Part shown: positions 1 to 12,609 of the stretch, piece by piece | Position numbering within the stretch: the stretch's first letter is position 1 | How the letters are laid out: each line of letters opens with the position of its first letter | Assembly (NCBI RefSeq): GCF_009914755.1 | Contig: NC_060931.1 | Reading direction: 5' to 3' (one strand) | Source: the human T2T-CHM13v2.0 reference genome, Homo sapiens | DNA length: 64,000 bases | Program-made: the position numbers and the translations under genes | The notes under the pieces: model-generated | Told to the model about the DNA's origin: nothing | What the model saw: only the letters and a program-made list of their open reading frames with translations | The model's database searches: none

Positions 1-135
1 ACCAGTGCCCTTATAAAAGCATCTAGGAGCCCGTTTCCCCATTCTGCCATGTCACGACATGCTAGAAGGCACTATCTATGATAGATGAGCCCTCACTAGA
101 CATCAAATCTGTCAGCCTTGATCTGGAACTTTCCA
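1..135 (+). mobile_element. MaLR (MLT1/MST-like) LTR fragment
   Basis: GCCCTTATAAAAG...GCCATGT...GAGCCCTCACTAGACATCAAATCTG...CCTTGATCT motifs. Confidence 0.55.
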
Positions 136-139
136 AATT

Positions 140-530
140 CCATATTTTAGGAATTTTTATGGAAGCTTCATCATGTAGACATGACGGATTATTAACTCAA
201 TTTCCAGTCCCTTCACACCCTCAAAGGATTGCATGTTAAGCTAAAAGTTACAACCTTCTTATCATGGCTTGGTCTTTCTGGTGACCATCCCCATCCTGAA
301 ACCATCCAGGAACCCACAGAGTGTCCTTATTAGAACAGAAGCCATTCCTATTATCCAGGAGATTCCAAGAGATTTAGGAACTCTGCGTCAGGAACCAGGG
401 CCAAAGACCAAATATTAGAACACAAGATGCTCCTAGCACCCCTACTGTTCAGGAAATTATAATAGTTTTAGAAGCTCTGTACCAGGAACTGCAGACACAG
501 ACCAAACATATATTTCTTATTAAGTCCCAA
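140..530 (-). mobile_element. MER21-like LTR
   Basis: Resembles recalled MER21 consensus (GGCTTGGTCTTTCTGGTGACCA...CAGGAACCAGGGCCAAAGACCAAATAT). Confidence 0.6.
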
Positions 531-1414
531 CCTGGAATCTTGATCAAGAATGAATTCCTTGTTCCCAATGGTACAAGGGATGAAATAAATGGCAGATAGT
601 AGGAGCCAGGTTCCTCATTATTACAGTGAGAAGTTACAGATAAAAAATAGGGAAGCCTAGAATGATCTCTGTCATAATGAGTCAGAATGTATATATACAA
701 CGTAAGTATAAACTCACATTTAGCTTAACATATACATAGATGGTTCCACATAGAAACCTTTATAATTAAGTGGGTACATATAAGTTAGAAGACACACATA
801 TATTTCTTTGCACTGTCAGCTGTAAGTGTCATGATGCAATGACCACATTTAGTGGCCAGATGTAAGTTTTTCATACCATTCTCTAACAAAAGAAATCAGG
901 GCTATTAGAAGAAATAGCTGAAACTAGGACTGGGACAGAAAATATATGAGCCAGGGTACTTTTGAAGTAACAGAAATAAATTATAAAAAAAACATGAAAT
1001 TATGTAAAAGGAGCCAGTGGAAAGAGCTACCAATGGCCACAGGTATGAACAAAGAGCAACAAAATACTGTACAATTAGATAACAACCAAAAGATTAAAGT
1101 AACTATCTGTGGACCCATACTGGTATAAATAAATGATTAAACAGATATGCAAATGGGCTGAATAGAAATCTCTTATACAGAAGAATTCCAAATACCTGAT
1201 ACAGACAGCCATCAAGGAGGTGGGGCTAACTCCCCACTCCTTTAAGTATGAGCTCTGCATGATGACTTCCTCCAAAAGCATACATACAATATAGACATGG
1301 GAAAAAAGTAACTTTACAGTGAAAAACCTGAAAACACTGCCTCAACCAAGTGATAAAAGTTAACATTAATGGTGATAACACATCTTGAGAGCATGAAGTG
1401 ACTAGACTAGCACT

Positions 1415-2030
1415 TGCAAACCAAAAATAAAATTCAAAGATCTTTCCCCCAACCACCTCTCCACCAGGGGACACCAAAGTTAACCTGGAAGACTGGTTCA
1501 GGCTATGATGGGAAAGAGGTGGTCAGACATGCCTCATTATGCCCTCCTCCCTTTTGGAATTCAGGAAAAGCCAATCAGCATTTAACATCAACACAACCTT
1601 AAATCTGATAAGAAACATTTACAATCTATTCTCTCTGAAGCCTGCTACCTGGAAGCTTCATTTCCATGATAAAACCTTGGTCTCCATAACCCCTTATCAT
1701 AACCCAGACACTCCTTTCTATTGATAGTAAGTCTTTCAACAAACTGCCAATCAGAAAAATTTTAAATGTACCTATAACCTGGAAGCCCCCCCCCCACCCT
1801 AATCCATTGGGTTGTCCCACCTTCCTGGACCGAACCAATATATATCTTAAATACACTTGATTGATGTCTCCTATCTCCCTAAAATGTATAGAACCAACCT
1901 GCACCCCAACGACCTTGGGCACATGTTCTCAGGGTCTCCTGAGGGCTGTGTCAAGGGCCATGGTCACTCATATTTGGCTCAGAATACATCTCTTAAAATA
2001 TTTTACAGTCTTTGACTCTTTTTGTGGACA
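1415..2030 (+). mobile_element. MER4B solo LTR (ERV1)
   Basis: TG...CA termini; 4-bp TSD CACT (1411-1414 / 2031-2034); MER4B-like body. Confidence 0.8.
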
Positions 2031-2295
2031 CACTACACATCTGCTCTGCTTCCCCCAAACCCCTAAACCCAGGCTGATTATGAGAAAAACCCCAAGTAAA
2101 CCACAATGGAGGACATTCTACACAATACCTGACCAATCCTCCTAACACTGTTCCAGGTCCTCAGAAGTAAAGTCTGAGAGATTGTCACAGCCAAGAAGAG
2201 CCTGACATGATGACTAAATGTCCTATGGGATCCTAGATAGGATCCTGGGAGAGAAAAAGGCAGAACTAAGGGAAACCAAATAAGATGTGAGCTTA

Positions 2296-2696
<401 letters not shown>

Positions 2697-3491
2697 CTAG
2701 GTTGCGTCTACATGGGAAATCTGCATTTTCTTCCCAATTTCTGTATGAATCTAAAACTAATTTAAAATAAAACCTCTATTTAAAAATTGTAATTTTTTCA
2801 GATATCTGCTAAATTATTTGTACTAAAAATTAGTAATTGACAGTAACTACTCCTACTTTTAAAAATAAGAGCATTCATGATACTGCAAAGTAAATTATAC
2901 AGACTAATATATACTTTCAAAGAAATGCCCCTTTTACATGTTTTATGTTAAGATAACATATATGTGTAAACATGGTCATATCATTTTCCTTATGGTGTAG
3001 TTCACTCTCTAAGAAAGCTGGTCATCTTAGAACCAGGGAAAAAAATTCACATTTTGGAGACTATTTCAATTTACGGCTGGACGTTTTCAAAGTATGACTT
3101 TGCGAAAAAAAAAAAAGTTCAAATTGATTCATTGTGACTGGATCACTTATTCTAATGAATGCTTGCCTTTATTTTGTTTCCCAGCATTCCTTTCAGCTAC
3201 GATACAAAAGAAGCAAATATTTGCCACTGGAAAAAATATTCAAAGACACTCTTAGGTTAATCTATAGCTGATGACAGTCAGTCTAGTCTACATAGCAAGC
3301 AGCTTCAAGATATGATTACTTAGCTAAGCGGGAAATGGGACGTGACTGCTGCCTCATTCCCACGCCTCTCTGGACCTGATAATTTAGAGGAAGCTCACAT
3401 TCGCAAGATAAAAATTTTCTTTTCCTTCTCAGTATTAAATATGCTGTCACAATAGAAGAAAGCTTTACTGACTTCTTAAATGACGTGTTGA

Positions 3492-3687
3492 GACCGGAAC
3501 CCTAAAATGATAGTTACTGAGGATAGTGCTAATGCCCTAAGACCGGAAACCTAAAATGATAGTTACTGAGAATAGTGCTAATGCCCTAAGACCGGAAACC
3601 TAAAATGATAGTTACTGAGAATAGTGCTAATGCCCTAAGACCGGAACCCTAAAATGATAGTTACTGAGAATACTGCTAATGCCCTAA
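3492..3687 (+). repeat. 49-bp tandem repeat x4
   Basis: Unit GACCGGAAACCTAAAATGATAGTTACTGAGAATAGTGCTAATGCCCTAA starting at 3492, 3541, 3590 and 3639. Confidence 0.95.
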
Positions 3688-3689
3688 GG

Positions 3690-4065
3690 TTTTAGTCACA
3701 CCCTCACCTAGGCAGGAACCCAACCAAAAGGGGAGAACTGTGGAACAAACTACGGGAGGTCATTGTTTCGGTCACCACTCCCGCATTAGGCCACACTGAG
3801 CAGGCAAAACCAGAATGGAGACACTCACGCTGAATGACACACAACGAAGCTGAAACTTTAAGGAAGTAGACAGATCCCAAAAGAGCTCCCTTTTTCCCTG
3901 AAGAGATTCCAGTCTACCTGAGTCAGCATAAAGAAGTCCCCTCTGCTTTAATTCTTACCAAAACAAGTAACTTGAAGTAATCTGATGTTAACAAATCAGT
4001 TGTTATTTTCTATTGCTCTATTTCCGCCTTACACAACACAGTGTTCTGCTATTGCCCAGAGGGCA
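3690..4065 (+). mobile_element. ERV1 internal 3' end, polypurine tract and partial LTR
   Basis: PPT AAAAGGGGAGAA (3726-3737) followed by a TGT LTR start at 3739. Confidence 0.55.
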
Positions 4066-4069
4066 CTGA

Positions 4070-4961
<892 letters not shown>

Positions 4962-5394
4962 GTTGTGCCCTACAAAAGACATTAAGCTGAAATTAATTAA
5001 AAATCATTTACGGTCATGATTAGGTCATAAAAAATTGTCAAACATAACAATTCTTCAAAAAAAGCTAAAAAGTATATTTTAAAAACATTGTTGATGGAAA
5101 AAAGAGTGCAAAAGTAGATAGGAAAATTATGTACAAAACTAAAAACAGAGGAGAAATTAAAAGTCAAATAATTGCATCAAACTGGAAACCTAGAAAAAAT
5201 GGGTGATTTCCTAGTAAAAATACACATTAACAAAATGGGCACTGAAATAAGGCAACTATGAATATACCAATTAGCATAGAAAAGCTAAGAAAGGTCCTTA
5301 AAGATCTCCCAGTGGAAAAAGGCCCCAGGACCATCTGGGTCCATAGCTTAGTGTAAGCTGACTTAACTAAATGTGATTTTACACTCGTGCATTG

Positions 5395-6312
5395 CATACA
5401 TACGATGGTGGTCCCATGAGATAAAAATGGAGCTGAAAAATTCCTTCCTAGCCATCTTGTCATAAGCTCATGGCTCAACGCATTACCTTTTCTCTGTTCT
5501 GATACCATGAAAGGAAAATAAATCTCAGGACCCCCAAATCACTAAGCCAAGGGAAAAGTCAAGCTGGGAGCTATGTCAGGCAAACCTGCCCTCATTCTAT
5601 TCCTAAGATAGCTACAAAGATAAAAAGCTACATACCTCACTCACAATTTGCCCACAAAGAATTTCCTTTTGGACAAAGGACAGACAGCACTCAAAGTCAT
5701 CCCTCACCTGAGACAGATGCATATCTGATTGCTTCCTCTGCCCTATTATTTATGTAAAAATGCAGATTCATTGAGCCAGACTAAATTGTGTATTCAGTGG
5801 AAGGCTGATGAAGGATTCAAAAGAATGCAACCTTTTGTCTCTAACCTACTTCTGACCTGGAAGCACCCCCACTTCCTGCTTCCAGTTGTCCCGCCTTACT
5901 GGGCCAAATGACTGTACATCTTACACGTCTCATGTATCCCTAAAATGTACAAAAGCAAGCTCTACCCTGGCCACCTTGGACACACGTCGTCAGGACCTCC
6001 TGAGGCTGTGTCATGGGCGTGTCCTTAATCTTGGCAAAATAAGCTTTCTAAATTGACTGAGACCTGTCTCAGATATTCTGGGATCACAATCTACAATCAC
6101 CATGGTGTTATGGTTGACTACAGCATTCAGTACAGAGACATGCTGTACAGGTTCGTAGCCTGGGAGCAATAGGCTATACTATGTAACTTAGGTGTGGAGT
6201 GGGCTACACCATCTAAGTTTTATAAGGACACTCTACAGTGTTCACACAAAGATGAAATCACCTAAGGACAGATTTCTCAGAAAGTATAACATCGTTACGA
6301 GATGCCTGAGTG
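5395..6312 (+). mobile_element. Tigger3/MER7 DNA transposon split by MER4A
   Basis: GGTGGTCCCATGAGAT on the left of the LTR; CATGCTGTACAGGTTCGTAGCCTGGGAGCAATAGGCTATAC...TTTCTCAGAA on the right. Confidence 0.65.
5508..6088 (+). mobile_element. MER4A solo LTR
   Basis: TGAAAGGAAAATAAATCTCAGGACCCCCAAATCACTAAGCC...GAGACCTGTCTCAGATATTCTGGGATCACA. Confidence 0.8.
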
Positions 6313-6556
6313 TATTTTAAATGGTCAAAGCCTAGGAGAAAAAAAGAAACTTAACTCTTGTTATGGGTTAATAACGAAGCTTAAGAGAGTTAACATATTT
6401 CATCTAATCTAAGATGCCAATGATTAAAAGACATTACTTTATGCACCATCACAAATAGGTTGCCAATTAAACCGACTTTCTGAATAACACACAAATGTGA
6501 ATTTACTTCTATTAATGCCAGGAAAGTAAAATGAAAAATAAATTATGGTTTTGACA

Positions 6557-6900
6557 TGTTAAAGCAAATACGGCGGGGGTTAGCCTGAGGCCTTCCCTAA
6601 GCAAACAGAAACCGAACTTGGAGGCATTTGAACTGACTTAAAAAAATTAACAAACCAACCACAGTCAATGCCAAAAAGCCCAGCAGCCAGTTGGCTGTAT
6701 GACTAGGGACGCTGAGGGAACCATCCCCACAACAGGCGGTGGCCTAGCTGGAGCCACTGAGGAGCCTCACTTAGGGGCCACCCTAAGAGCTCGAAGCCCC
6801 AAGCCGATTTCCGTTCTGGTGCTTCCCGCGTGATTCATGAACCATTCCTTTGCCGAAATAAACTCCGCTTAAATTTATTTTACCTAAAATCCTTTTAACA
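6557..6900 (+). mobile_element. ERV1-type solo LTR (family uncertain)
   Basis: TGTTAA...AATAAA...TTTTAACA termini. Confidence 0.5.
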
Positions 6901-7224
6901 GACAAAGTCCAGTATTTACACTTAAAACACGGTTGTGAAAACTCACATCTACATCTGCTCTTCAATATTTTTCAAGTACTTTAACACTCTAAGAAAAACG
7001 AGCCACTGGAACGCAAATAAAAGCAAGTCGTGGGGTGCGCGTCTCCCTGGGGCTCTCCATGTTGCCCTCAGGGTTTCTCCCTTCTCTGTCCCGGATCCAC
7101 CCCAAACAAACCCAAATTGGTCAAAAATTAAAAAATGAAACAACTCAGGTATGCTGTAATAATGAATAACAAAGCCACTTAATGATGGGCCACTTTGTAA
7201 AATAAAATAAATACAACTTGAGAA

Positions 7225-7830
7225 AGTGGAGCGCGAGGCAGCGCGGCCTCCTCCGCACTGAGCCGGGACAGAAAGCTTTTTCCTCACCTTTCCTCGGGCA
7301 GCCTCGGGGACCATGAAGCCACAGCTTCCCCAGTCGTTCCTGAGGAGCTGAGGAGAAGGAGGCTGGGTCGTCCCTGGCCACGGTCCCCAGGTGTTCCTAG
7401 AGAGCCAGCGGCGTCTCCCGAGTGGGTCCTGAGGAGGAGGAGGCTGGGCCCTCTCAGGTGTCCCTGTAGGGATGACGGCGCCTCTTGCGTAGGTCCTGAG
7501 GAGACGGCTCGGCTCCGCCCCCTGGAGCCGCAGGCCGTCTGTGCCGGAACCCGGGCGCCGCTTGAGGTTCTGTGAGGCGGCATCGCGCCCCCTGACGGCC
7601 GTCGCAGGCGGTGCAGGATGCTCAGGTGCTCGCGGTCGAGCTGTGGCCTCGCCCCTCCGGTGGATCTCCGAAGTTCACTGTTCTGACAATTACACGCCAT
7701 GACTTTTGAAAAACCAGCTGAGGCCGGGCGCGGTGGCTCACGCCTGTAATCCCAGCACTTTGGGAGGCCGAGGCGGGCGGATCGCGAGGTCAGGAGATCG
7801 AGACCATCCTGGCTAACACGGTGAAACCCC
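7225..7830. promoter_or_regulatory. CpG island / probable promoter
   Basis: High GC and dense CpG, a GC box (CTCCGCCCC near 7513), and an adjacent Alu that retains its CpGs. Confidence 0.75.
7288..7665 (-). CDS. FAM157 putative ORF exon 4 in CpG island (IHRRGEAT...AARGK)
   Basis: 378 nt open; strong donor AAG|GTGAGG; weak acceptor (CTTCGGAG). Confidence 0.5.
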
Positions 7831-7960
7831 GTCTCTACAAAAAACAAAAAAACAAAAAAAAATTAGCCGGGAGTGGTGGCGGGCGCCTATAGTTCCAGCT
7901 ACTCGGGAGGCTAAGGCAGGAGAATCGCTTGAACCCGGGAGGGGGAGGTTTCAGGGAGCC
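7722..7960 (+). mobile_element. AluSc/Y-like element, 3'-truncated
   Basis: Left arm complete; right arm stops at ...GGAGGTTTCAGGGAGCC with no poly(A). Confidence 0.9.
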
Positions 7961-9184
7961 TCCTCTAAACAGAAAAGACCGACCCCTAGTCAGTGTTTTA
8001 TTTTCCCTGATGACCGCAGGCCATGAACTTATGGAACAATAACGTAATTAGGCTCTTGGACCCAGGGAAGTAGCTCCATGCCACCTGCCCTCATTTGCTG
8101 AGCATTTTGGTTTCTCGGATCTGCTACTCAGTTTCCAGTCTCCTCCTCCCTGCCAATGCTGCCAGCGTGCCTCTTCTGCAAGCAGCAACCGCCTTCCACC
8201 TTCCATTCTCTACTCTTTAGCCATCATCTGGCTGGACTTTTCAGAATGGACTGCAAAGGAGAATAAACTGGCTGAGTCTGAGGGTGCACTCACGTGCAAA
8301 GTTGCAAGCTTTAATGTACCCATCTTGGCAGATTTTGGCTCCTTAGAGTTCTTTCTCATTTGGGGATCTCATGTGCCCTCTGATGAGGTGGGCTCACTGA
8401 CTGTCTGCGCTGGTGGCATCTGGCAGCACCTTGTCACGTGCACCTAGGTAAGAACCTGGCTGCACCTGATGCTTAGCCAAACGGGGAACCCACAGTTCTG
8501 TGTATCAGGTGATGTTTAATCTCTGGAGGTTAATGAACATGAGGGAGCGATACTGTCTGGGACTCTCCACATATTGCGTCTGAGTCACTGAAGGAAAAGA
8601 ATGTGGGGTCTGTTTGCTGGGACTGGACACCTCCATAATCACATGCTCCATGAAATGCAGGCAGGAGATCTCGCTTTCTACCTCTGGGATGGGAGTGTGC
8701 AGTTTCAGAATGAGACTAGCCCACACAACTGACTATTTGGGAAAGAGAAATGAAATCAGATGCAGCAATTTAATATCCACTAAGATGATATCTTAATCAC
8801 AAACACTCTTCTGGTTTTTAGAAATGTGAATGTTATTTACACTAGGTTAAAAAACCTGAATATCCAACAGCATGACACCGACTAAAGAAATACTGGCGCA
8901 CTCTGGAACCTTGCACACCACTTATTGGCATGGGAACAATGGGAACACGCCTATGCAAAGATGTGCATGGAAATTAGAAGAATGCAACACTGTAGAACAG
9001 ATGTGACTAGGTGCATGATCAAGAGCACACAAGACCAAGCCTGCCTCTGCACACACAAGACAGCGCCTGAGTCTGCACCACGTGACGGGACCACTGTGGA
9101 GCAAGCCTGGGAGATTCTGATGTAGGCAGCAGAGGCGTCACTTAGGGACCAGACTTCCGTGGGAAACCACCATCTCCTTCCAAC

Positions 9185-9335
9185 CCAGATGCGCTTCATG
9201 GCAAACGCGAGCAGATGAAGGTCATGTAGGAGACGAAAGAACTCGCTCCCCAAGCCCATAGGCCTTTGTCCTCCACCCATGGACCGAAGCATCTTGTTAG
9301 ATGAGGGCCGCCCGCAGCCAGGGCCGGCGGAGAAC
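9185..9335 (-). CDS. FAM157 putative ORF exon 3 ([21 protein letters not shown]...KRIW)
   Basis: Acceptor GGCAG|G; 151 nt in phase; weak donor TGG|GTTGGA; overlaps track ORF 8951-9292. Confidence 0.5.
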
Positions 9336-11562
9336 CTGCCACGGAGCAGGTGTCCGTAAAGAACTGCTGACTGTCACTGTCCCTACTTGGGGGCCACTGG
9401 GGGATCTGATGCATCTCACTACCCTTTGTAAAGGAATTATTGAAAATGTCAGCCCTCTAACAAGGCATAGGTTGATTAGTTACAGGATTTAACATTTCTA
9501 TTTTAAAAGGCAGCATTGAAGAATGTCTTTACAAAGGCTGTACAAAACCTGCCATATTCTTTGTCACACAGATTGACTCATGTGCAATGCAGCCATTTGA
9601 TGAAACACTGGCATTTACCAGATGTAAACTTATTAGCAGACGACAACTAGAAATAGTGTGCTGGATGTGCCCGTTTATTTATATGAATATAACCATCTCT
9701 CTAGATGCATCGAAAGATACACAACATGAGATCCACTTTATTTCTACAAGTTTATGATCAGGTGGTCAGGACAGGGAAAGAAGAGGAAAAAACTTTAAAT
9801 CATGGACCTTTATTCTTAGACACCTTTATCCTACATACACAAGGGACATGCATGGTTGAAATAACGGAAACAAGTGGATAAAAGTGAAAGTAACTTAAAC
9901 AGCTTTACCCAGGAATGCCCAATTCAGGTGCTGCAGAGAAGAGCATGAGAACCGGGTGTCTTCAGGACAGGTGTGCATCTGGGAGCAGAGTGGGCGTTCA
10001 TCAGCAGGGAGGAGCAAGGCCTGGGTCGGGGGACACTGGGGCTGCTGTCCCAGAGGCTGGCAGTGTAGCTCTGAACCCCCAAGACTTCACTGAGTCTCCC
10101 CTCAACCACCTAAACCAGAATAAACTGATGTAGCAGGACTCCTCAAACACTGTGCAGGGTCTCCATGTCCTCGATGGCCCCTGATGAGCCACAGTACCCT
10201 CAGGTCCTGGTGAAGGAGCTGGTGCTGCCTCCTGCCTTTCCCCACATGGGGTCCTGCAGCTCATCCCACACAGCCTCAGATTCCCTCTACAGAACCTGCC
10301 CACAGATGTCTTCCGAGACAGGCAATACTGGGAGGCCTGTGGCCCAGACCCAGGAGGAACCAGCTGAGAGGCTCCGTGGAGGTATCGCTGATGGTGTAAC
10401 CAGAATGAAAATGCCCACTTCTGTTCTGCTCCCTGAGAACAACTGTCAAGCCAGCATGAGTTTCCAGTTGGAACTTTTCCTTTTCTCCCCATGTTTGTCG
10501 CTGTTTTAATGGACATTGCCTGGCTATTAAATCCCCCGATGAACTCACTTTGAAAATTATCTTTTGCACTGGGCACCCTTTCAGGAATCACTGAGTGTTA
10601 ATTTTCTCAGTCTGAGTGATAATTTATGAGTCAAACAAGGACAGATCTGAAGCCAGAGGCTGCTCCTGTTGGGAAATCCCTGAGGATGATGTTCCAGGGA
10701 AGCCTCCAGCCTTGGGAGTCCCGTGGAACTGAGCCAGCCCAGGTCATGAAGGGAGCTGGTGCCAGACACTGACTGGGGACCTGCTGGCCTCTGGGCAGAC
10801 CGCTCTGTCCCTGCACTTGGCCTGCCAGGTATCCCTGTGCAGTCATACCAAGTCCTGTGCTCAGAAGGGCCCCAGAGTAGTTTAAAGCTCTGCTGCCGCC
10901 CCTGGAAGCTCATGATTTTGAACAACAACAGCAAAAAAAAACCCACGTTTTCCACTCGGCCCCACACATTATGTGGCCTGCGCAGCTGTCAGGCTGTGGC
11001 CACAGTGCTGGCATCTCTCACACAATGAAGGCTGCTGGAGTCCTGGCTGACTTGTTTTGACTCTTTTGTGAGGCCCACACCTAAGCTAAACACTCACGTG
11101 CCCCCACACTGACTCCCCACACTCTAAAGCATGAATCTGCCCCTTTAGCTGGGAGAGGGTCCTCGTGTCATCTGGGTTTTTGGAGAGAAGGTCAAGGGAG
11201 CCTGGGTTCTAGTTCTTCAGTAATCAAGAGTAAGGGTCTTACCTGTTCACAGTTCCCTGTGGCTGCTTTACAGAAAGCAGGAAGTGGCCACTTCAGCCAC
11301 ACGGCTGCATTTCCAGCTCAGTCCAGGCAGAGCTGCACCCTGCCTTGCACCTCTGCAGTTCCTGAGGGGAGTCCTTAACTGAGCCAGGGCGAGTCCTGGG
11401 GGCACTCTGCCCCTGTGGACACTGCCCCTGGGCAGGCCATGAATCTCCTCTGCTCCCACACTCTAGAGTTCAACGGGTCTCAGGGGCTCTGCCTGAGGAC
11501 TGCCCTTCAACCAGGTATTCGTAATTTCCCCAAGACCCAGGCTTGCTGAGTCACTCAGTTAC

Positions 11563-11668
11563 CTGAATGCTTTTTTCACAAAGGGATGACTGTGCTGCTC
11601 CGTCTTCCTTCTTTTTTGTTTGCAAGGCCACAGGGAAATCTGGATCCTCTGGTGAAAAAGCAAATCCA

Positions 11669-11707
<39 letters not shown>

Positions 11708-11772
11708 GCCGCCGCCGCCGGTTCTTGTAAATGTCCTCACTTGGTTTCTGGGCAGCAACTTCCTTGACTTGC
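11563..11772 (-). CDS. FAM157 putative ORF exon 2 with Arg5-Gln12 tract
   Basis: Acceptor CTCCCCAG|G; 210 nt open in phase; donor CAG|GTAACT. Confidence 0.6.
11670..11720 (-). repeat. Compound trinucleotide repeat (CGG)5(CAG)11CAA
   Basis: Read directly; plus strand is TTG(CTG)11(CCG)5. Confidence 0.97.
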
Positions 11773-12454
11773 CTGGGGAGCGGATCTGAGCTGCATTTAC
11801 CAGGCCATGCCCAGGGGAAGTGATCAGTGTGGGACCGTGAAGCTGGATTTCCCCAGGAGCTCCCTCCAACCTTCTGGGATGATGATAAGACTTGGGATGA
11901 ACCAAGGATCTTGAACCATGGGACAATGTGAAGTCTAGACCTAGTGGAGGAAGAGAAAGGCTACGGGAAGGGCAGGCTTCACGTTACTGAGCATCCGCTA
12001 CCTGCCACACACTTTCACGTGGCCTTATTCTGTGTGTTTCTCACAGCACCCTTGAGAAATAGAGACTACGATCACATCTTTTACATAAAAGAAAACCACC
12101 ATCCAGGGAGGCGAAGTCCCTTGCTCACAGACTGTCATGTGGGAAGCTCTCTGGATGCAATGATGTCCTCCAGTTGCATTACCAGGCAAGCTGTCCCAGA
12201 GTTCATGGAGCGGAAAGGCTCGAGAAGCAACTGAGGATGCTCGAATCACAGGTTTATAAAATCCATTCATAAAACACAGCAAGAAGCTGAGGGAAGGAGA
12301 TGGGAGGGCCGTATGACCTGATTCCTGTGCTGTCAACATTCATCAGTTCTCTTCTTTGTCTGCTAGTCAACCTCACCCACTCAGGTGTGACCACGAGGAC
12401 CAGAGCCGAGGTCTGGGCAAGAGTGCTCACAGCTGAAGGGCTTATGACACACAC

Positions 12455-12609
12455 CGGCTCAACGGGACAGACATGGGACAAGTGTGCCTGATCATGGTGG
12501 CGTTGCCAAGAAGCAGCTGTCGCACTGCCATGGGTTCTACGTGTTTCTTGGGCAGAGGACGCATGGGACCAGAATGGGCACCAGGAATGGTGGTGAACAA
12601 AGGCCCCAT
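12455..12609 (-). CDS. FAM157 putative ORF exon 1 ([10 protein letters not shown]...MSVPLS)
   Basis: ATG at 12609-12607; 155 nt open; GT donor at 12454-12453 (CG|GTGTGT). Whether it is translated in vivo is doubtful. Confidence 0.55.

Larger units (their letters stand above)
7288..12609 (-). ncRNA. FAM157D: FAM157-family locus (subtelomeric duplicated lncRNA / putative ORF); four exons visible, 3' exons not identified
   Basis: Spliced translation [36 protein letters not shown]...[17 protein letters not shown](R5)(Q12)[14 protein letters not shown]...[30 protein letters not shown]...[16 protein letters not shown]...[10 protein letters not shown] matches the putative FAM157A/B protein as I recall it. 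The family call is firm; the paralog letter (D, 7p22.3) is a recollection-based guess. Confidence 0.8.

Noticed and set aside
3386-3410. Plus-strand EEAHIRK resembling a later FAM157 peptide as I recall it
   Set aside because: Wrong strand and non-matching flanks; coincidence.
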